A stretch of 64,000 bases of DNA from the NCBI GenBank assembly GCA_964016885.1, contig OZ024743.1:373984001-374048000 (forward strand), given 5' to 3'. Position 1 is the stretch's first letter; each line of letters begins with the position of its first letter. This DNA comes from Eledone cirrhosa (lineage: Eukaryota). The notes under the pieces were generated by a model, which was given only the letters and a program-made list of their open reading frames with translations, was not told the DNA's origin and searched no databases. Below, one piece after another: positions 56,740-64,000 of the stretch. Both the position numbers and the translations under genes were made by a program.

Positions 56740-57439
56740 TTTCTGAATTTGTTTAGCAAGATACTTTATCTGAAAACGTGTGTTGAAACCGATATTGTTA
56801 TGCTTTGGGAGGGTCATGTTGCCAATAAGAAACACACTTACCAGTTGCTTTCACTCCAATTTGGTGTAGTACTGGTGGAGTACTCCACTAACACGCTAGA
56901 ATAGAACATAAGGGCAGATTAGAGAACATAGAAATAAAAATAAAATCTACACACAGAAAAGACGCAATGTTTAGACAAATCACAGAGGCAATAAACATAA
57001 ATGAATTCCAACCAAAATTAAATAGAAAACATGAATGGAATAGCAACATCACAACTTACAATTAAGGACAAAATGAAAACAGACACACATGGAACAAACA
57101 ACCAATTAGTAACATGTAAATAAACAAATAAATAAACAAATAAAAACACACACAGACACCCGGAAGTAACACATGCGCAAACTAAGCACACAACACACAC
57201 AAAAACAAGATGGCGTAGGACAGAACAAAGGAGAGGCACAAAACAAAGAAAATAATCCCTGGTCACTGATGAGGTCACAGAATGTGTGACGAAAGAACTT
57301 TGACAATATATGAACAACCATCCGGTGGAAATTTATAATTTATAATTTTTTTAAAATTTATAATTTAATTTATAATAAATTGGAGTGAAAGCAACTGGTG
57401 CGTGTGTTTCTTATTGGCAACATGACCTTCCCAAAGTAT

Positions 57440-57447
<8 letters not shown>
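56718..57447. mobile_element. Third fold-back copy of the 28243-30110 Penelope family
   Basis: Left end 56718-56862 inverted against 57378-57447; 56898-57064 matches the GIY-YIG C-terminus. Confidence 0.85.
57262..57304 (+). ncRNA. Minimal hammerhead ribozyme motif
   Basis: gtca CTGATGA g gtcaca gaatg tgtgac GAAA gaac TT tgac. Confidence 0.75.
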
Positions 57448-57481
<34 letters not shown>

Positions 57482-57581
57482 ATATATGAATGACATGCGT
57501 ATATATTTAATTGTTTAGTGAAAAATAATACTCACTTAAAATTTAACAGCTGTTACATCTAGTTTCTTTTCACGTACGTTT

Positions 57582-57657
<76 letters not shown>

Positions 57658-58433
57658 CGACACATATATGTATATCCGCATATGTGCATGTACATATATG
57701 TATGTATCTCTGTCTCCCTCCTCCTCTCTCTCTCTCTACATATATATATATGTGTGTGTGTGTGCGTATGTGCGTGTGTGTGTATATATTTGTATATACA
57801 TATATATATCTATGAATATGTGTATATATATATGTATGTATGTATATATGTATAAATACATACATATATACATACACACATACACATATATATGTATGTG
57901 TGTGTATATATATATATATATGTGTGTGTGTGTATACGATACATCATACCTATATACCTAATAAAAAATATCTCCTGCAGTGAATGTGAATTTCTGAACA
58001 CACACACATATATGCACACACACACATATATACGCACACACACACTCGCATACGTATTTTCAGTGCGTGTCGTATTTCTAAAGAATGTTGCTACCACAGA
58101 TAAGCTTTCGAAATATCTCCCCGTCCCCCTCCACTACCAACCACCTTCCACATCTCAACCCCTGTACACACTTTGTAAATGTCTGAGCTATTACATAACA
58201 AGCTAAACTCAACTAGTATTCTTTGCAGGGGTGGGAGAGAAGGAGATCCTCTGTATAGAAACGGCAATATAAATCATATTTGTGTAAGTCGCAAAAGAAA
58301 TGTATGTTACATTCTTTCAAGGAATTTCTTGGGGGATATATCAGAATATTAGACTAATTCTTGAAGCACTTTATCTCAATGCTCTTCTGGATTTGACCAA
58401 AGGAATGAGCCTCAAAAGAATAATTTGAATTAG

Positions 58434-58600
58434 TAGACCTGCCAACCTCTAAAAACCCGAACGGGGAGTACCATGAAAAAAAGTGCACCAAAACGGGGAG
58501 AAATTAAGCAAAATGGAGAGATTTTTACATAATGAAAACTAAATCCATGTTCACAAGAGAAGACATCTGTCACCCAGCCCAAAGTGGGTGGGAGATCTAC
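58434..58600 (+). mobile_element. MITE-like repeat, partial copy
   Basis: Diverged reverse complement of 59582-59746. Confidence 0.65.
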
Positions 58601-59553
58601 CCCCGTCAGACGGTCTGAATAAGTAATGAAACGTCAGTTGTTGCACAACCAGTTAGAAATACCAGCCATATCTCTCAAATCACATCTTGCAGATTTAACA
58701 CTTTTGGTACTGAACCATCTGAAATTGCTCTTGTTTATACAATAGAAACCCTTTTGTTGTAAACTGTTCATATTTATCTAAAAACCTTCAATCATAATTT
58801 TATAAAGAAACTTAAAGTTGTTTGAAGAACCAGCTTATTAAAGAAAGATAGATTTATTATTAAATCACTTTAAATACTTGATTATTTTCAAAATAATTTG
58901 AAAATCAGAGGAAGAGTCTTTCATAAGAAATATGGTAACGAGAACAGCGGTGAATTGGCAGATTCGTCAGTATTCGTTCTTGCTATTTACTCTGAGTTCA
59001 ACTCTAGCCGACATCAGCTTTGCATTTCATCCTTTCAAGGTCGATAAAAAATTATTAGTCCCATTCAGTGGTTGATCCTGCCTCTATATCTTTTTCTCAA
59101 TTCATCTCTATCACCCTTTCTCATTCTCTGAAAGAAATCAGCTGTGTTCAGACCTGGGAGGGAGGGGATAGACTCCTCCAGGTTTGAAATATCACAACAA
59201 TCCCCCTACGACTTCATGAGGATTCACTGATCTATACACACATGGTAACGAAAGGGTTAAATAAAGAAAAATGCATTGGACAATGTAGTAACTGATAGTC
59301 AACATAAACAACTAAATGATAACATTTGTCATAAGAGAATTATGGCAAAGATATAAAATGCAAACGAAATCACAGCATTTCATATAAATGTTTCCTCAGA
59401 CTGACGGACAAAATGTGTATATTTAGAGGATGACTCTTCATCCTAATCGAATGGGGTAGGGAGGTGGTTCGGGGTCCCAAGTCTCTAGACAATTTCACTT
59501 CTATGGGTTCGACAGGAAACCTATCATAAGAGAGCAACTGGTACTTTGCCTAT

Positions 59554-59746
59554 AGCAAACCTGTCAACTCTCCCTGTCCGATGAGATCTCCCACCCACTT
59601 TGGGGTGGGTGAGAGATGTCTTCTCTTGTGAAAATGGGTATAGCTTTCATTATGTAAAATCTTCCCATTTTGCCTCATTTCTCCCCGTTTTGGGACACTT
59701 TTTTTCACAGTACTCCCCGTTTGGGCTTTTAGGGGTTGGAGGTCTG
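59554..59746 (-). mobile_element. MITE-like element with short TIRs
   Basis: caaacctgtcaac ... gttggaggtctg imperfect TIRs. Confidence 0.6.
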
Positions 59747-60542
59747 CGATAGGAAAATGGAGTAGAGAGGTGGCTCGGTGCCTCAGGATCTCAGATGGCT
59801 TCACTGTCAAGGTTTTGACAATAAACTTATTATCAGTAAATACCCGGTAGATTGTCTATACCATAAGGGGATTATAGGGTTCTTTCGGGGCTCCAAAACG
59901 CCAGGTAGCTCCACTGCCAGGGGGTTTGAAAAAAATCCTTTTATCAAGGATCATCTGGTACATTATATATAAGGAAAAGATAGATTGGTCATTGTTAGAA
60001 CGTACTGGATTAAAGATGACATTAATTTGAATAATGATTTCTTTTTTAACCCCAAAGCGTTTATAAAAAGCACATTAAGGATGGATCAATACGATACGGA
60101 GTCTGTTTACATAAAACATGACGAAGAGGGAAAGAACGAAAACAGAAACAAAATAGGCTACAAACGGAGAAAATTCCTAAATAGTCAGGGGTCTCCCGAG
60201 AGCTGCTCGTGGAAAACCCCATAAAATCACACGGTTACCCAGACCATTAAGGCAAGTCCCTTTTCCTAGTTGTTCTCCTTCAATCTTAAAAAATAATAAG
60301 GTTTATTGTTTTTGAACCATTATTTGTTCTATGAGACACTAAACACACGTTTAGGGATTTATAGCAAATACCTTCACACTTTTTAAACCCCCGGCTCCTT
60401 CAAGGAAGCCACGACTCAGACATGTATAAAAATAAACAAATAAATCAATAACCAGAATTTAAACCAGACAATAGTCTGGTTATATATAAATGAGAAACCT
60501 GTATACGTAAGTTGTATTTTATTGAATTATTTTAGATATTCA

Positions 60543-60810
60543 TGCTGAGTTCAATTTTACCTTTCATCCTTCTGGGTTAGAGAAAATAAAGTACCAGTAA
60601 TGTACTGGGGCGATTTAATTGACTTTCCCCTCACACCAAATTTGCTGACATTGTATTTAAATTAGAAATAATCATAACGCGGTGGATTAGCAGAGTCATT
60701 AGAACGTCAGACAAACGGGTAGCAGTATTTGTTCTAGACTTCTACGTTCTGATTTCAAATCCTGCCGTGGTCAACTGTACCTTACATCATTCCTGAGTCA
60801 GAAAATAAAC
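60543..60810 (+). mobile_element. Two diverged tRNA-derived SINE pieces
   Basis: ctgagttcaa...cctttcatcc...aataaagtaccagtaatgtactgggg; cggtggattagcagagtc...ttcaaatcctgccgtggtcaac. Confidence 0.72.
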
Positions 60811-61689
60811 ATAAACGCTAACATAAAAAAAAAACCAAATGAATTTTTATTTGGATTGAGAATTAATATTTTCTCCAAGAACTTAATCAATAAGATTTTT
60901 TAAAGGAATATATTCTAATTCTTATTTACTGGAGTTGGTAAGAAAAACAAAAAAAAACTTTGGATCAGTTATTAGGATCGATATAATCGACTTTCCCATT
61001 TCCCTAAAAAAATTGCTGGACTTGCGCTTAAATTAGAAATTATTATTACAGGCGTCTTCATAGAGTTATCTATGTTTATCTATTTCTTATGCAAATGACA
61101 GGTTTTGGTCCTAAAGTTCAATCGACCCGCTAAATAGCCCCATCGGTCCCTAGGGGTTAATATCAGCCAATTTAAGAACCCATGTTTTGTAGTAAAGAAG
61201 TAGCACAATATAGTCGATGGAAAATTTCTGTTACACTAGCGTCACCTATATACCATCGGACGAACATATCATGCCAAGTACGAAACGTTTTGATATGGCT
61301 ACATTGACATCAAGCCTTAATAAACAAATATACAAAACCTACGGCTATCATTCTAAATCGAGGATAATTTGATAGCATGCAACATAATTTCTTTCAAGAT
61401 TTTTAGGTCCCTTGAGGTCTCGAGAAGATCAGACACTCCCTTACCCAGCAGAACACCCAGAATGTGACAGCTGGCGGAAAAGAAACGTCTGGAGCAGTAC
61501 TGGACCGTTGATATCGTTATCGACTTCGAAAGGATGAAAAGTAACGTAGACCTCGGTAGGATTGGAACTCAGAGAGCTGGCACCAATATCGCAACGAACT
61601 CTATCTGTTGACTTTGTCAATGGATCGTAGACACACACATACACAGACACACACTCTCTCTCATTTTCTGACACACCACACGTGGAGAC

Positions 61690-62060
61690 AGAGAGAGAGA
61701 GAGAGGGAGAGAGAGGGAGAGAGAGGGAGAGAGAGAGTGTATGAGAAGCGAGTGTGAGAGAGAGTATATGAGAAGAGAGAGAGGGAGAGAGAGTATATGA
61801 GAAGAGAGAGAGAGGCAGTGTGTATGAGAAGAGAGAGAGAGAGAGAGAGAGAGTATGTATGAGAAGAGAGAGATGGAGTGTGTATGAGAAGAGAGAGAGA
61901 GAGAGAGAGTATGTATGAGAAGAGAGAGATGGAGTGTGTATGAGAAGAGAGAGAGGGAGTGTGTATGAGAAGAAATAGAGTATGTATGAGACGAGAGAGA
62001 GAGAGAGAGTACGAGTAGAGAAAGAGCGAGAGAGAGAAAGTGAGAGACAGAGACGGAGAG
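61690..62060. repeat. (GA)n-rich degenerate minisatellite
   Basis: Recurring gagtgtgtatgagaagagagag units. Confidence 0.88.
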
Positions 62061-62240
62061 ATGTATATATTGATATAAAACTGAAAACTTTTAGCGTTGT
62101 TACTTAAGTGGAAACTGTAAAGCGACACCACTCCAATATTTCAGTTCCTCATAATAAATCATAAGAATACATATAAACACTACTTAACGTATTTATGACT
62201 TTCTTCTCTTGTTTGTAAGTACATGTGTACATGTATGCAT

Positions 62241-62367
<127 letters not shown>

Positions 62368-62430
62368 CGCGCGCGTATGTGTGTGTGTGAGTGTGTAGAT
62401 CAGTGTGTGACAGATATATAAATATATATA

Positions 62431-63207
62431 TAAATATAAAGGTTTACATATACAACAAGTTATAGATATATATGTTGCAACCGGTCACTTTTAGGCTCTA
62501 TGAAGAATTAATAAATTAAATAATCAGAGCAATATATCATAAATCATGTCCTTAGAATTATTTAATTTATTTAATTTATTAATTCTTCATAGAGCCAAAA
62601 AGTGACCGGTTGCAACATATATATTTATAACTTTATGTATATGTAGACCTTTATATTTAATAATCTCCCGTTAGGTTGAGATAGAATTTGGCGATATTTG
62701 GCTGCGCTTTCTAGCAATAAGCCTACCCGCCGTAAGCAACCAATCACATTCTTTCTAACTTGACCACAGCCACATTGCGATTCTTAGCCATTTTTGAATC
62801 TAATTTTGGCGCTATCACGTTGGAGAACTAAATGTCTAATTTTGAGTTTGTCTCCTGATGAATCCTAACTCAAGACATTTCCTATTAATTGAATGTCTAA
62901 AAATACGGATGAAACCATGGTAGAGATATAATTACGGTATGTACACATTTCTTCTAAGTTTAATTTTACACCTAATTGTGTATGGTTGATGGTATATTTA
63001 GTCAGTTCCTACATGCTGTCGAAATGTTGGATAAATACTCTATTGGGGCCACCGCGAAGAGGCCACTTTCGGTTATTTGTTGGAGATTTCTTCATAAGAG
63101 CCTTTATTCTTATAGCTTGGTCTAATTGATTTTTTGTATGGTTAATTATGTTAATTGGGAGAGGAAATGGTATATATTTTACCTAATAATTCTAAGGACA
63201 TGATTTA

Positions 63208-63212
<5 letters not shown>
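62431..63212 (+). mobile_element. Composite fold-back element with hammerhead
   Basis: Arms ~62431-62523 and ~62564-62658; spacer 62531-62561 inverted again at 63184-63212; body related to 46261-46300 and 46461-46600. Confidence 0.72.
62849..62928 (+). ncRNA. Type I hammerhead ribozyme
   Basis: tgtctc CTGATGA atcc...ggat GAAA ccatgg TA gagata. Confidence 0.86.
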
Positions 63213-63253
<41 letters not shown>

Positions 63254-63303
63254 GTGCGTGTGTGTGTGTGAGTGTGTAGACCAGTGTGTGACATATATAT
63301 AAG

Positions 63304-63352
<49 letters not shown>

Positions 63353-64000
63353 TGAGGTATATATGCACACATGTATGTTTATATAGAGAGAACAGCTTTT
63401 ATTTTGAACAGGTTATAGTAAAGACATGGCTGTGTGGAATCGTTTTCATCTTTTTTCATATCACTTTATTTAATGTTTTAAGAAGAAGAATGTTCCTAAG
63501 TAGATCCACTTTCAAAATATTCGCGAACTCATCTTCTGAATGATGTAATAGGAGTGGTGCGTTGTTGCATAGTCTCCGCGTTTTGAAGTAAGCGACAAGC
63601 GTTTATTAGAATGATGTAGTAAGTGATAAAGTTGTCACCAAATTGAAAATTGTTTCACAATTTACTGATTGCTACGTCCATAATTTATATCATATGTGTT
63701 GCATTCGTTGACGCTTTTGTATTTTGTTATTAATGCAGATTCTATAGTAATGCTTAATTTAAAAAAAAATGTAATTTTATATGGCATGATATTATTATAA
63801 GGCAGTATTTTTTCTCTCTTCCCATGTCTTGTGTTTCGTATTGTAATGTGCAGTAATGTCTTCTTGTTGTAAATGCATGGTCAATCAACGAAAACGGGCT
63901 GTACTTGTGCATCCGATATAACAGTTTAAGACACGAAGTTTACAACTTCGAATTTTTAGAATGAAATTTCTTTATTACATTTGTCGTCTAAAAAACTACG

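Noticed and set aside
58434-59746. Single large element with ~165-bp TIRs
   Set aside because: The arms are substantially diverged and the right copy has its own short TIRs; better read as two independent MITE copies.

Overview
Eukaryotic, AT-rich, gene-poor window saturated with (TA)n/(CA)n/(GA)n microsatellites and transposon debris; the SINE types suggest a mollusc, probably a cephalopod (inference, not verified). No host protein-coding gene is supportable, and nearly all ORFs in the supplied track are microsatellite artefacts. Recognisable elements: two Helitrons (one keeps a PIF1-like helicase ORF), a near full-length RTE LINE plus RTE/CR1 fragments, RTE-derived non-autonomous elements, many tRNA-derived SINEs, a few MITEs, and at least three families of Penelope-like retroelements (PLE; RT and/or GIY-YIG). 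The dominant hidden structure is a population of fold-back (inverted-repeat) insertions with arms from 24 bp to about 1.07 kb, sitting almost exclusively in (TA)n tracts. Most have one arm extended by a short tail, and many carry a type I hammerhead ribozyme. By eye I count about 20 hammerhead motif copies from more than 10 unrelated sequence families, often on both strands of one insertion, including U3-A8 core covariants and palindromic stem III loops. All folds and alignments were read manually; coordinates of degenerate repeats are approximate.
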